Source: Catajapyx aquilonaris (taxonomy: Eukaryota). From it: a stretch of DNA of 60,624 nucleotides. The notes under the pieces are model-generated. The model saw only the letters and a program-made list of their open reading frames with translations, was not told the DNA's origin and searched no databases. The translations under genes and the position numbers were made by a program. The stretch is taken from positions 1 to 60,624 of the forward strand of contig KZ538583.1 in NCBI GenBank assembly GCA_000934665.2, in the 5' to 3' direction. This document shows positions 1-12,970 of this stretch, in pieces; within the stretch, counting starts at the first letter, position 1, and each line of letters starts with the position of its first letter.

Positions 1-56
1 ACCTGATCTGCCCCTTAGATCACGAGTTATGCGGTTATGCTTAGGTTCCGGACCAG

Positions 57-334
57 GTTGGCAACACCGCAAAACTCGTGACCTAAGGAGCGGATCATGT
101 GCCGCCATCTCTCAAATGGATCCTATACACCTAGGGAACATGTCTGCCAAGTGGCACCTTCTTATCACAAAATGCAACGTTAAAAACGCTCAGGTCATCC
201 CCGGCCATGTTGGCAACACCGCATAACTCGTGACCTAAGGGGCCGATCAGTTGCCTGCAACTCTGGAATTGCTCCTATAGGCCTAAGGAACATATGTGCC
301 AAGTGGCACCTTCTTATCACAAAATGCAAGGTTA
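57..334. repeat. tandem duplication, 152-bp period (probably internal to a non-autonomous TE)
   Basis: gttggcaacaccgc.aactcgtgacctaagg at 57 and 209; gccaagtggcaccttcttatcacaaaatgcaa at 146 and 298. Confidence 0.8.
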
Positions 335-1523
335 GGCCTGATTTTTGCGCTTAGGGCCCGGACTATATTGCATATTCAATACGAAATAACCCAATGAATT
401 AAAAAATGGAATTCCATTCCGACGGCGGGCGGCAGAGACTTTGACAGCAAACATATGGCGGAGGTCCCAAGACATTCAGATGCAAATACCCCTTGAGTGA
501 GAAATGTCAAGCAGGGTAGGAGATTTCTTGATTGTGAAGCACAGGAGGACCATGACGAGGACAATAGCTTGCTCAACTACTTGGGAAGTGGATGTAGAGG
601 GATGTGAAATTGCAGGCCAGGATCTGCACACAGAAAGTGGTTGGTACACCACATCATTCCCAATGCGATTTCCATGCAAATGCCTTATTATCGTGTCGTG
701 AACAGGTTTTACTCGCAGCCAGGAGGCAGCAAGAAGCTCTCGGGGGATTGTTATGCCCTCCCTCTCTCCACTTCTATACGCACCGGTATATCTTTTTTTC
801 TCAGAATGGGCGGAGCAATCATAGTTCAACTTGTCTCCTGAATGATATAATGGTCTCGATTATAATTATCGTTCGTCTGTGTTGATTCAGGCATTCCTTT
901 TGTCTGTAGAGTGGGTTTTGATTTGAGTTATTCCTTCATTGTTAACGGTAGATTATTATATTGGGTAACGCTGTGCTTTGTGACCAACGGATGATTTACT
1001 ACAATGCGTCGTAAACAAGAGCAGATAATTGTTTAATAGCTTATTCTGCTTCTCCCTCCCTCTGTCCAACAAATTTTAAAAAATGTCCAAAATCTATATA
1101 TCCTAATAAAACTCGTTCATAGCTAAGTAGCTACTCTCCAAAAAATTTCACATACAGAATTCACACTCCACCACCATACACAAGTTGACTCGTCACCTAG
1201 GTGCGTGTCGTTACCATAGTTATCACTTTCCCCGTTCAACAATGAGAGGACAGAGTAGGTTCACTCTCTGTAGCGGTCAGAGCGCGTGGGACACACTTCA
1301 AAGCAGGCGAGACACGTACGGTTATAGCGCAGAGGGTGGGCCATGTCCACGCAGTGACTCATCACCAACAATGCATGTAGCACTACTTTCCCCATGAGAG
1401 CGGCAGTAGTGTGCAGAGGGAGAGCCTACGCGCCAACTGGTAGTGGCCTATCGTACTACGTACTAGCAGATGGGGCGGGGGGGCGGGCAGTGTGGGCAAA
1501 ATTTGGAAACTGGTCTTCAAGTG

Positions 1524-1832
1524 GGGGAGGCGTGGTGGCCGAGATGGTAACGTCTCGGCTTGCTGTGCGGAAGGTTCCTGGTTCGATCCCCGCCCGGGAG
1601 TTCCCTTCCGCCTGCGTCAGTGAGTCTCTGACCCGCGCCTTAGAAGGCGTCTTGGCAACCTACTGTAGTCTCCTGGGAGACTGCACATGACCCATCTCCA
1701 GACATTGCACTTGAACCTGTGTCCCCTCCCCAGAGATCCCCATCCTTACCCCATATCCTTTCATCCTTGCACCGGAGTCAGAAGAAAAATTACAGAAAAT
1801 TGAAGGATGGTGGTATTCCACCCCCCTAAAAG
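1524..1832 (+). mobile_element. tRNA-derived SINE, family A
   Basis: A-box tggccgagatgg, B-box ggttcgatccc; body matches copies at 9311, 50122, 53465, 57165. Confidence 0.9.
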
Positions 1833-1833
1833 A

Positions 1834-1917
1834 GGTGACGGGGACGGGATTTGAACCCCGTCCTCCCGCTTGGCTGGCCAGCGGCGGGCGTAGCCGCTAG
1901 ACCACCATGCCGCCCCC
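1834..1917 (-). mobile_element. tRNA-like SINE head fragment
   Basis: minus strand has A-box tggtctagcgg and T-arm acggg-gttcaaat-cccgt; abuts (TTA)n. Confidence 0.6.

Positions 1918-1984
<67 letters not shown>
1918..1984. repeat. (TTA)n microsatellite
   Basis: direct reading; similar (AAT)n tracts at 11557-11617, 23319-23381, 52119-52181. Confidence 0.98.
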
Positions 1985-1985
<1 letters not shown>

Positions 1986-2494
1986 GTGATTGCGTAGGAA
2001 TACAGTAATATAAGGATGATATATGCCTACCGCACTTACTGTTAGTCCAAAGCCCATTTCATCACACCTTATAAGATACCGTAGTTTAAAATAGTGACTA
2101 TAGGCGAAAGCGATGCATACTGTTAGACTGTTAGAGCATTCCTTAGAGAGTACTGTACTCATCAAAAAGGACTATTGTTTAGGACTCTAGGCAGTCGGTT
2201 TTCATCAAAACAAGTGTGACATTTAAGCTACAGCTGACGTCAGTCTTGTGCCCGTAGCTTTAAATTGTTATTTTGTCTTTGAACAAAGCAGCTAGCTAGT
2301 TTGCGAGGAATCCCGGCGGCATTTTGCGGGCTCGACGTTGACGAAACAGTTCGGGGGTAGCAAGAGTGCAACATTTGCTTCACTTGTGTCAGGACGCGCG
2401 ACGGACCTAATGCATTTTGGCCTCTCCCACCAGGTGGCCATTTCCCTCAAAATTACCTACAGAATATGTAGTACATAATATAGTTCAGTAGACG

Positions 2495-2532
2495 CTCTCT
2501 CTCTCTCTCTCTCCCTCTCTCTCTCTCTCTCT
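2495..2532. repeat. (CT)n microsatellite
   Basis: direct reading. Confidence 0.95.
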
Positions 2533-2796
2533 GTTTGCCAGCCAACTGGCAGACAGATCCGCATGGAATTTCCACTTTTGCTTGCGAAACGCAATTTGAG
2601 GTCCAGGACCGCAACTTTGTGCCATAATCTGATTAGTTCTGTCCGTCTCCGTACAATAAAATTTTCGTAACGGCTCATAAGCGTGATGATGACTTGATTT
2701 TTGTTACTTATTTTCCCCCACGAGATCTTGCTGAACCAGCAGTTATGTTCACCATATTGGGTAACCTGTCACAGTGAAACGTCGCATATACATATA

Positions 2797-3363
2797 CAGG
2801 GTGCTCAAAAACTCGCGGAAAGTCGCCAGGTAGCCTGATAGGACTCGCAAAACTAATATAGGGATGTGGAAGTAGTTTTGGGCTAACTTGCACAGTTTTT
2901 GCGTACGACGCCTTCAAGATTTCGGCAGTTTCATGACGTCACATCCGCATTGAGGCCCCCATTGCGTCATCATACATCTTGTTGTGGCTGTTGCCATTGG
3001 CACTGATTATTGTTGTGAATATTGTCAACTGTGATTGTTGAGAAATAAACAACGATTTCAGTCTGGCAATTGAGGTGTCGACTGGCCACAGATACAAGCT
3101 GAAATCGTTGTTTATTTCTCAACAATCACAGTTGACAATATTCGCACCAATAATCAGTGCCAATGGCAACAGCCACAACAACATGTATGATGACGCAATG
3201 GGGGCCTCAAGGCGGATGTGACGTCATGAAACTGCCGAAATCTTGAAGGCGTCGTACGCAAAAACTGTGCAAGTTAGCCCAAAACTACTTCCACATCCCT
3301 ATATTAGTTTTGCGAGTCCTATCAGGCTACCTGGCGACTTTCCGCGAGTTTTTGAGCACCCTG
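2797..3363. mobile_element. palindromic Tc1/mariner-type MITE
   Basis: TA|CAGGGTG...CACCCTG|TA; about 265-bp near-identical inverted arms with a short loop. Confidence 0.93.
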
Positions 3364-3892
3364 TATATATATACAGCCAATATGTATTGGCTGTATATGC
3401 CCTGTACAAAAACCGGCAGATTTACAATTCCCACAAGACACATATAGATTACGGTCTCTCTCCAGCTTTTCTATATGGATCTTCCCGCAAATATACAAGC
3501 AATCTCTGCTGCCTCGGTTTTAGAAACACTGCTCAGATTTTTACGACTGGTGGAATCCGGCATTAAAGCAACCGGCACGAAGCTACTTATTTTAAGCAGT
3601 TACTTTGTCACTGTAACTCGTTATTAAATTATTATCGGCTAACAACAGATTGGAAGGCTTGTTAGTAAGCTATTCGGAGAATAGTTTATAGTGAGAAATA
3701 CGGGAAACTGGTGTCGATTGATCAAGTGCCAGAGCACGACGCGACGTCATAACATGCACCATCTACCAATATATTGCAAGGGACGACGCGTGTTGTATTT
3801 TCAATATCGATGCCAAACTCGTTCCCCGAAACTTTGGGGCACGCGCAGGATTGCTTGTCGAGGTAGTACATCTACAAAAGGGGGTTAAAATA

Positions 3893-4420
3893 CGCACAAG
3901 GTGGTTTAAATATGAATGGGACTGAATTTTTTAAAGAATATTCCTTATTACACATTGACTTCTTTTATATGTCGCACCCTTCTAGACACTCCCCACTTGG
4001 CAGTACACATTTTTTCAGCGTTCTGGCAGTTGTTTTATCCCCTTTTCAAACATGTTATTTGGTTGTGGGAGTATCCATTCTGGAACAATATTGCCGTCAC
4101 AGCAGCGTTGTCTTCACACCGCGCACTCGGGCTATACCGACTTAATTCTTCCAAACAAGTAGAAATCTTGTAGTTGAGGTCATAATTATCTGGGATAAAG
4201 GGTGAGTTTGTCAGGAGGTCCCACCTTACTTTTTGATGGTTTTCTTTGGCGGTGTGGTGTCTCGCTTTATCTTGGAAGAAGCATATCCTATTTCCTCCAG
4301 TCTTACTCTGGAATCGGATATGTTTCTTTGCCTCTGTTAAGATAATGGCTGCAGTGATAAACATTATCATCCACGAGACATCAACACGGGCTAGATGACA
4401 ACCCACTTGCCATATTTTCT
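3893..4420 (-). pseudogene. decayed mariner-like transposase C-terminal remnant
   Basis: minus frame FFQDKARHHTAKE..WDLLTNSPFIPD resembles HDNARPHTA..W..L.HPPYSPD; boundaries approximate. Confidence 0.55.
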
Positions 4421-4639
4421 GGCACTTCCTCTAGCAGAAAAACGTGATAACTAAGGAACGGATTTTTAGGTTCTAAAAAACCCTCAAATACGAGTAGGTA
4501 GGCATTTAGGTCCTGAAAACAGTCAAAATAAGCTCTTAAATAGGCACTAAAAATCCAGCTGGCTCTAATTTATTTTAATTTCTACACATATTTACAGCCT
4601 ACTTTTGTCCATGGAAATTTGCAGCACAGTAACAAACTA

Positions 4640-5233
4640 CAGTAAAACTATAAGTCGAACTTCCCTAAGTCGAAGTTCTCTATAAGTCGAAGAAAATGAT
4701 GAGCTTGGTTGGTCACAATGTAAAATAATAGGAAATAAACTTTCCTAACTCGAATTTCTATAACTCGAAGTTCTCCATAACTCGAAGTGCAGGCAGGGCC
4801 TTACGATGGGATATCAATGCATTTTCAGTCTCCCTAAGTCCAAGTTCATGTTGGCGAGTACGGAAAATTGTCTCATTTCCCAGCCGAAGGGTCGAGGGTA
4901 GGCCACATGTACAGAAAGGCTCAATTTCCTCATCTCCGTCTACCAGACGTACCGAAAGAAGTGTTTGACTCGATTGTGACAATGAATCCTCGAATCTAAG
5001 AGTAGGCAAATGTCCATTACGGAGTTTCTTTTACACCAAAACAACGAGGAACATTGTAACTGTGATAGTGACAGTTACTTTTAAGTTTTGAACACCTTTC
5101 GTCGCTGGATATAAAGGTAGGCTTCCTTATAGAGTTATGTGCTTCAAAAAATCAAAACTTTTCTAACTCGAATCTTCTATAACTCGAAGTTATTTCCGGT
5201 CCCTTGGAAATTCGACTTATGGAAGTTTTACTG
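4640..5233. mobile_element. pogo/Tigger-like MITE
   Basis: CAGTAAAACT...AGTTTTACTG ends at a TA site; repeated taagtcgaa/taactcgaa motifs; partial second copy 10297-10481. Confidence 0.85.
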
Positions 5234-5571
5234 GTAGCAGTTATTCCATATTTTCGTTGGTTAATCGCAGTTATTCGGCGACCGTTAAAGATGCTCCCTC
5301 ACGTGGAGCCAATATGTCCGATAGAATAGCCGTCGGGCCGAATGTAGCAGCTTATTTAACGGCTATTCATAACCGTTCTTTCGAGTCGCAATAACTGTTA
5401 ATGGCATTATATCCGGGATCCTACACATCAACCGCTTCTTCGCTCGTCACAGGTTGAAGTGGGAGGGATTCCTTGAACGGAAAACATGCAGAACTCTCGA
5501 AAATCTTACCAAACGGCGTGAAAAAGGTCGCAATAGGCACTAATATGCATTTTTAGGTTCTATAAAACTGA

Positions 5572-6005
5572 AGGGAGATGAAGTGGCGCCGCGGTAACGC
5601 GCGCGCCCACGGATATGAAGGTCCCGGGTTCAATCCCCACCCGGGGTTCCCACCTTTATCCGTGCGGAGTTGGGCCATCTCTGGCTTCATTTCGGGTGGC
5701 AATTTCCGACAGACTAAGCCACCCGGGGGAGTTCACAAAATGACCCAAGTTCAGACATTGCACTGCACATTGCACATCCCCTCCTATTCATCCCCCCTTC
5801 GCTCGTGGTACCCGGGCGATACGGAAAAGGACCACCTGTAATAAAAAGCTTGTACATCTTAAGCAAATAAAGGTACCGTGCCAGATGCCCAATTAGGGCG
5901 GTGCGGTGCACTAACCCTATTATATTATTATATTATATTCAGGGATGGAAAAAGAACCGCTTCCTTCCAAGAAGCGCTTCTTTTTCCATCCCTGATTATA
6001 TTATA
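5572..6005 (+). mobile_element. tRNA-derived SINE, family C
   Basis: A/B boxes; homologous to 25083-25433; flanked by taggtt(c/t)tataaaact duplication. Confidence 0.85.
5940..5994. mobile_element. 55-bp hAT-type mini-MITE
   Basis: CAGGGATGGAAAAAGAA...TTCTTTTTCCATCCCTG with 8-bp direct repeat attatatt. Confidence 0.75.
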
Positions 6006-6779
6006 TAGGTTTTATAAAACTACGATTTTTGAGGTCCGTGTGTTATGAAACGGATAGATAAGGTAAATCCACCAATTTGTGTCCCCTCCGTTTTTCTCGC
6101 CCAATATATGACCTCCTATGGAAGAAGTTAAATAACAAGAATTCAAAACATGTAGCATATTAATTACCCACTTTGGAAGCACTTCCTATTTTTATTTAAC
6201 AACCTATAGTGAGGTGTAGGTCAGTGGTGAGTTGGTTCTCAAGAAATAGTCAAGTGCTGCACAGCCACACTGTAAAATGGGGTGAAAGGGGCCAATTCCG
6301 TTAAGAGCAGAGTTTCGTTTCGAAATTTTTTACACGTTTATTTTTAAAAAATGGGGAAACAGTTTGAAGGTTACAATTAGCAATTGAAGATGTCCTTTTC
6401 CTCTCGTGAATGTTTGTTCTAATAGTACCGATGCATTTAAAGAGTTAGTGTGGGTGTCAGAAATTGAGTACTGAAATTTGTCATTTGATGACACCCTTAG
6501 AAATAGTGTTTATTTACATTAGAATTGCTACATTTGCAATCGTATTGTAATAGTTTTATGATTATGAAAAGGATCTAAAAGGAATATTCGATGAATAGCC
6601 TTTTCAGTCGTTTACGATGATCGGATCCAATATAATTATTAATGACACCTTCTGTCATAAATAAGATGTTAAGCTGTCAGGATTTGGTATTTCATGCGTT
6701 TTCGAGACATACTGACAATTTTTGGACTTTTATTTCTAACTTAACTTTTTGCCGATGCACGGATAAGGAGTGCAATGTA

Positions 6780-6975
6780 CCCCCGCGAGCATAAAGATGG
6801 AGACGGCAGGCCCTTTTTTGACCTTTCTTTATCCGACTCAAATTAATGAACTATTTTTGGACTGAGTTAGCTGCTTCAGGCGTGTGTTCGTGTATTTATG
6901 ACAGTATATTTGATACCGTAATTGCTGAGATTGGCCGAGCAGCCTGCCGTCTCCATCTTTATATGCTCGCGGGTG
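6780..6975. mobile_element. TA-flanked MITE
   Basis: TIR cccgcgagcataaagatggagacggcaggc and its reverse complement. Confidence 0.75.
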
Positions 6976-7184
6976 TACCTACTCTTCAGAAAGAAGCACA
7001 AAATAATCAGTGATAGAGTGAGCCAGACTCAGACAAAATTCTTATACTGCCTACATGACGAAAAATAAAGCGTGGGCACTAATGACACACTATCTACATT
7101 CATGTAATGAAATATAACCATGTACAGTATTAATTGCGAAATTTTAGTGCCCACGCTTTATTTTTCGTCATGTAGGCCGTATAA

Positions 7185-7341
7185 AGGCCCATTCACACAG
7201 GCCGTCGACGGTTTTGGTTTTTGGTCTCGTCGACGGTTTTGGACCAATCAGAACGGGCCCTCACGTAAACAACGCGTCATGGTTACCGTGAGGGCCCGCT
7301 CTGATTGGTCAAAACCGTCGACGGCCTGTGTGAATGGGCCT
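7185..7341. mobile_element. PIF/Harbinger (Tourist-like) MITE
   Basis: AGGCCCATTCACAC TIRs, TAA TSD, almost fully palindromic; inserted in the right arm of an older inverted repeat (about 7038-7348). Confidence 0.88.
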
Positions 7342-8729
7342 TAAGAATATAAGTAAAGCAAGACAATACTGCAGTAGCTGAATTCCATGGAAAGAACTGA
7401 AGTAATGAATCTTCTGTTCAGTTCAAGGTAAAAGAAGAAGCTGAAGATTAAGGAGGAAGTTATTTTCTACTTTTTAGTGCACTTGGAAATATAAAGCGTG
7501 TTCTTAAAAAGGTTTTTTATATATTTTTATTTCAGTTTCAAAAAAAGTGTTCCTGATTTCGGAACCTGCGTTTTAATGGGAGGAAAGGTGTAAAAATTTT
7601 TTCCAAATTTGTGAATGCTTTAATATGCTCGATTAATAACAATACAATGAAAACTGGTTTATCTGCACGATGAAAATAAAAAGTTTTCCCTATTTGCAAA
7701 AAAATAAAAATAAATAAAATGTGCCGTTGAAGAATGACTTGATCAATACAATCATACGAAAGCGTTTTAACAGCAGGTAGTACAGAGATGCACAAACGTT
7801 TTCTGTGGCTTCTTTCTCGAGTTTCCGCGAAATAAATGGAACTGTCAAAATGAGCATGATAGTACGGTAGGTAGGGCCTATCCGAAATTAGGAACAAGAC
7901 AACTTGCTACTGTGGCTGCTGGTTCACATCGACAAGTTGCAGCATGATGTCGCTACTTTAAAACACGCAAATAAACAGTGTAAGCAACATCATAGGCTAA
8001 AATAATTATTGAATAGCATAGCTGAATATATTGCTGGGAAATGATGGCCAATAATAGCATGCGCTGCAGTCCACCAGCATGCGCTTAATGACAAACTGGT
8101 GTCAAAGGTTGCACAATGCACGGATGTTCGCATCAGTGCTGCCAGCTCAGCAATTCCGTCTTTGTGACATTTTATACCACTGTCACCGGCAATTTGCAAC
8201 AAGTTACCACGGAGATGGCATGGTGGTCAGAATTAGGCGCATGGTCGAAATATGGACCCCTTCCCCTATAATCTTCCTGGAGCTGACTGCACTGGCACCG
8301 GAGGTGCGCCGCACCTCCAAAAAGTGGTGCCTGCATGGCCTGGGGACGCTGCCACACCCGTGGTGCCAGTGCAATCAGCTCCAGGAGGATTCTATCGATA
8401 ATGTGACCCTCTATTGTTGACATACTTTCATTTGGTGTCATTTGAGCCTTTAACTGTCAGCCGACAACAAAAGACACTGTTACCTCCCCAGGAAGTGTAG
8501 TTGAAACACTTGTGGCTTCAATTGACTGTTTCGAGATAGTCTTAATGATGAGAAGAAGGAATAAATGAACTGCAATTGGTAAAAAGTTGGTTTGTAGCCT
8601 AGAAAGTAAATAAGTGCACATTGAGATATGTACTGGCGTAGCTAGCAAGAACACCATAATGTATGCATGCAGGCAACACTCAACTTCAAACTGCATTGGT
8701 GGTCTACTAACCATGACCTTGGTGTGTGA

Positions 8730-8809
8730 TCCTCGGTAGCTCAGCTGGGTAGAGCAACAGCCCACTAAGTTGTGGGGTGAGGTCCCGGGTTCGAATCCCG
8801 GTCGAGGAT
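8730..8809 (+). tRNA. tRNA-like cloverleaf (anticodon ACT); probably pseudo-tRNA or TE-borne
   Basis: acceptor TCCTCGG/TCGAGGA, D arm GCTC/GAGC, anticodon stem ACAGC/GTTGT with loop CCACTAA, T arm CCGGG-TTCGAAT-CCCGG; C at position 33 and unstructured 11-nt variable region are atypical. Confidence 0.5.
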
Positions 8810-9051
8810 TCCATGATATTTCAATGGCCAACTCCCAATACCTACCATCCACCTTTTCCACTCTTACCATTACTTAGACCCCGTGCTGCCTTGAAGTTGC
8901 TTGACTTGCACTGCACTTAGGCAGTATCTGTACCCTAAGCGGGGGTGACAAATCTCGCGCCACAATAATTATATTAACTACTTGACTGAAACTGGCCTCA
9001 GTAGATGAATGCGTATGGGGTGCCACCTAGAGGCCAGCTTGGAAAGCTCCT

Positions 9052-9220
9052 GTACAGTTCTGGCCATATATCGAGGCAACCGCCAGCGACATTTTCAGAA
9101 GCGGCAAAAGAAGGAATCTTGCTCGCCCATGCTTGAAGTAGGCTTATATCTTCGATTCCTTCTTCTGCCGCTTCGGAAAACGTCGCTGGCGGTTGCCTCG
9201 ATATATGACGAGAACTGTAC
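9052..9220. repeat. inverted repeat (MITE-like hairpin)
   Basis: about 67-bp arms, gtacagttct..aaggaatc / gattcctt..agaactgtac. Confidence 0.75.
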
Positions 9221-9310
9221 CTCGCGCATTGTTGGCGGTCATATTCCAAGTGTGCAAACGGCGAGAATTGTTGGCTCTACGTTCGACTACTTTCCCTAAT
9301 AACGACCGTC

Positions 9311-9666
9311 GGGGAGGTGTGGTGGCCGTGATGGTAACGTCACGGCTTGCTGAGTGAAAGGCCCCAGGTTCGATCCCCGCCTGGGGAACTTTCCTTTCAC
9401 CTGCGTCAGGAGGGTCTCTGACCTGCACCAAGGAGGTGTCTGGCAACCTAACCTCCTGGGGAACAGCACATGACCCATTAGCTACGACATTGCACCTTGC
9501 ACCCATGTTCCCTCCCAAAAAAAATCCATATCCTTTCCCATTGTCCCTGTTTCCCTGCACCGGTGAATGAAGCAGAAAATATATACAGAAAACTGATGGT
9601 GGTATGCCACCCCCCTATAGCACCCATAAGGGTCATCACGGGGTAAACTAAATAAAATAAAAAAAT
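9311..9666 (+). mobile_element. SINE family A, full length
   Basis: A/B boxes, A-rich tail, 11-bp TSD taacgaccgtc (9300-9310, 9667-9677). Confidence 0.94.
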
Positions 9667-9704
9667 TAACGACCGTCACAGGTGCGATGAGAGTAAAACA
9701 TGTA

Positions 9705-10284
9705 CAGGGTGGGCGAAAAGTCCCAGGACACCTGGCTTTTTTTGCCTGCAAAACAAATCTGTGCATGGAAAATGTGTCGGGGATGCTGGTGGGACATATT
9801 ATGGACACTGACGGAACTGTTTGATGAGGGGAGACGCCTGGGGACCCCCAACAACACCCACAGTAAGTTAACACTGTTAACAGTGCAAGATGGCGGATAC
9901 GAGCGGGTTCACTGTGGAGGAGAGACTTGTGGCTACTGTGTGGGTCCACGGGAGGCCTCATACGGGAAAGAACATAACGCACATCATGCAGGATATCAGG
10001 GCTCCTTTTGGTAAAGGTGCTACCGAGAAGAAGTTACTTGAACAAGTGGGAGAAAAAAGCATTCAGCATGGGTAATGTGAAAGACGGGGAAGCGTGAAAG
10101 ACACTTCCCTTGCTAAATGCTTTTTATGGGTGTTGTTGGGGGTCCTCAGATGTCTCCCCTCATCAAACAGTTCCGTCAGTGTCCAGAATATGTCACACCA
10201 GCATTTCCGACACATTTTCCACGCACAGATTTGTTTTGCAGGCAAAAAAAAGGCCAGGTGTCCTGGGACTTTTCGCCCACCCTG
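9705..10284. mobile_element. Tc1/mariner-type MITE
   Basis: TA|CAGGGTGGGCGAAAAGTCCC TIRs of about 155 bp, TA flanks. Confidence 0.92.
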
Positions 10285-10784
10285 TATTTAAGATATAAGT
10301 AAAACTTCTATAAGTCGAAATTCTCTACAAGTCGAAGTTCTCGACAAGTCGAAGAAAATGATGAGCTTGGTTGGTCACAATGTAAAAGAATAGGAAATAA
10401 ACTTCCCTAACTCGAATTTCTATAACTCGAAGTTCTGGCAGGGCCTCACGATGGGATATCAATGCATTTTCAGTCTCCCTAACAACCAAAGTGACTCTTA
10501 CCCTCCTGAATTTTGAAAATTTGTGGATTTTTTAATTCGGCTTGGCCTATAGTGCTGAGAAAACATCACCTCCGCTGCTAATTTCCACGTTAGCAGGGTG
10601 AAAATACAGCCAAAAGGCACTTCCAAAGCCACAACACCTGCTTCCGGTCGCGAGTCGCTCGTCCCGGCTGCCCGGTCTCGGTCGCCTTTCACCGCGTCTG
10701 TAGCTCTCTCCGGTGCCACGAAGGAGAAGGGTCATCTCGCACGCTTTGAAGTCGAAGGCCGTTATAATAATGGAGAACCAGGAC

Positions 10785-11231
10785 AGGGAGCATATACTAC
10801 ATAAGAGGCCCAAACATTCGATTCGCGCGTCTCTCTGTTTGGAGCCAAGGCTGGCGGCCATTTTGAAACGGGGCCAACGAGGTGTAAATAGGGTACAGGC
10901 AGGCCGTAAAGGTCCGCCATCTTTGACTGTTTTGGCGGCGGCCATGGCACTTCACGGCAAGAACTAACACACGTGTGCGAATTTGAATATTTTTGCCGTA
11001 TGAGCTCCTTTAATGCACTTTTCTACGTATTAATTCCGTAAGTACGGCATAAAATATTCAGATTCGCGCGCCGTGAAGTGCCATGGCCGCCGCCAAAACC
11101 ATCAAAGATGGCGGACCTTTACGGCCTGCCGTACCATATTTACACCGTTTCAAAATGGCCACCAGGCTTGGCTCCAAACAGAGAGACGCGCGAATCGAAT
11201 GTTTGCGCCTCTTATGTAGCATATGCTCCCT
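10785..11231. mobile_element. foldback element
   Basis: long inverted arms gggagcata..cacttcacggc / gccgtgaagtg..tatgctccc. Confidence 0.85.
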
Positions 11232-11555
11232 TTTTGGAATCTCACCCGCTAGAGGGCGAAAACGCAGCCGGCTCGCGTTTTCGACCTGTACGCTGTCAGT
11301 TGGAGGACAATAACACCCAGAAGATCTGGTTAAATCTTAAAATTGATATGTGAATTGGAAATGTATTTTCACTCTCTGTGAGATGGTTACAATAATCTTA
11401 ATAAAATCGAAAATTTTGGATCCAAAATGGCGGCCGAAATGTTAAATTTCACATTCCTCATTAATCTACCCTTACGATTTGTTTTGAATGGCACTTGAAA
11501 TTGTACCGGAAATGTTTACTCGATATTTCTGCAAAATCTGGAGCACATATATACG

Positions 11556-11618
<63 letters not shown>

Positions 11619-11626
11619 CTGGGGTA

Positions 11627-12067
11627 CCGAAGCAGTAGTGGTGGAGTGGATAAGGCGTTCGACTGCTAATCGGGAGGTCCTGGGTTCGAGTCCTGGGGGC
11701 CGGCGAGCCTGACCTTGGTTTTCAGCGGTTTTCCAAGGTCGCCTCGGGAAAAATCCGGGATCGTATCGTAAAATAAGCCACAGCCGCTTCCTTCCTTTCC
11801 CTGCCCTGGAGGAGGTGCGGTGTCGGTGGGGTTTCCGGCCCGCGCCTAGGTTGTCTCAAGCTTGGCCCCCCTTAGGGACTGCACACGGCTCCCACCACAA
11901 GAAAATGCACTGCACCACTGTTCCTCCCTCTTTATCCCTTCCCTGTCCTCCGCACCGGAGAGAAAGAAAAAACATGTGGAAGTAATTTTGCATAGAAAAC
12001 GGAGGCTACATTGACCACTAGGTCTCAAGGGGGTACCAAAATAAATAAAATAAATGAATAAAATAAG
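11627..12067 (+). mobile_element. tRNA-derived SINE, family B, long tail
   Basis: B-box gggttcgagtcc; core ggtttt..gccacagccgcttccttcc; 13-bp TSD taatgctggggta (11614-11626, 12068-12080). Confidence 0.93.
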
Positions 12068-12970
12068 TAATGCTGGGGTAATGTGCTTTCGCCCCCCACA
12101 GGGGAGCATATTGTACGGACCTTTATTTGATGAAGGTACATTTGATGCCTATTCATTTGAAACGCCCGAATGGGGCACATGGTTAGGGGCACAACAAGCT
12201 ACAAAAAATAACTGCTATCGGGCGATATCAGTTATGAAAAAGTGACCCACGAACTTGGAACACCCTGTATAACAGTTAAGTGATGGAGTTGAATATTCTT
12301 GTTTACTAGTGCACCCGAAGCCAAATTTTGGCAAAACCTGCAATGATGAAGACATTGGTAATGAAAAAATGGAATGGGAGGGCTCGCTTATAGCTGGTCG
12401 TAATACGGGATTGAAAAATTGAGTGGCATTGAATCAATGGACATACTGTACATGCTGTCCAACAAGAATTGTCGCAGCGGCAGCGCACGAACTACAGTCT
12501 CTCGTGTCCCTGTGCTCGTAGATTGTAGTTCGTGCACTGCCGCTGCGACAATTCTTGTTGGACTGATAGTACACTTCCTGAATCGGACATGAGAAAAGTT
12601 TTCATAAAACCTCGCGATATACGAGTACAACATTGTGTGTAAACACTCTGTTGTTGGAGAGAAATATTCCGTGTTGAGCAGTATAGGTGTAGTGAACACT
12701 TTGACCTGACTTGGGTTGCGAGACCGGGACAGTGCCACATACAGCTGGCCATGATTGTGAGGAGACAGGCATAGGCTGGGATGACATTATATCAATCAAC
12801 ATATAAGACTTTTGGATCCGGATCTAGCAGGCTATGATTAAGGCTAATAGTTAATAATAGCTGATATGGGCATATTTGAGTGACGCGGCAACATGATGGA
12901 TGGAGTTGCCCTTTGTGTAGGTGATGCTGTATGGCTTCATGGTCCCGCAACAATACTGGCATCTGTTATT

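Larger units (their letters stand above)
4452..6065 (+). mobile_element. non-autonomous DNA element X, interrupted by three nested insertions
   Basis: segments 4452-4639, 5234-5570 and 6006-6065 match the reverse complement of the uninterrupted copy at 21388-22041. Confidence 0.85.

Noticed and set aside
376..885. Cluster of overlapping ORFs as an upstream exon or transposase
   Set aside because: No recognisable domain or convincing splice pair
1761..2165. Poly-Asn/poly-Ile ORFs (also 23310-23714, 52094-52282) and poly-Asp/ER ORFs
   Set aside because: Translations of microsatellites and SINEs
2708..3566. Two ORFs with the same N-terminus (MKASYAKTVQ...) on opposite strands
   Set aside because: Consequence of the palindromic MITE 2797-3363; the same applies to paired ORFs at 10547-11353, 52094-52773, 53798-54389 and 56378-58725
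4640..5233. Regularly recurring taagtcgaa/taactcgaa motifs as a CRISPR-like array
   Set aside because: Subterminal motifs of a Tigger-like MITE; irregular spacing, eukaryotic context, no cas genes
9311..9390. SINE heads as functional tRNA genes
   Set aside because: Continuous with shared bodies and tails inside TSDs; anticodon regions vary between copies
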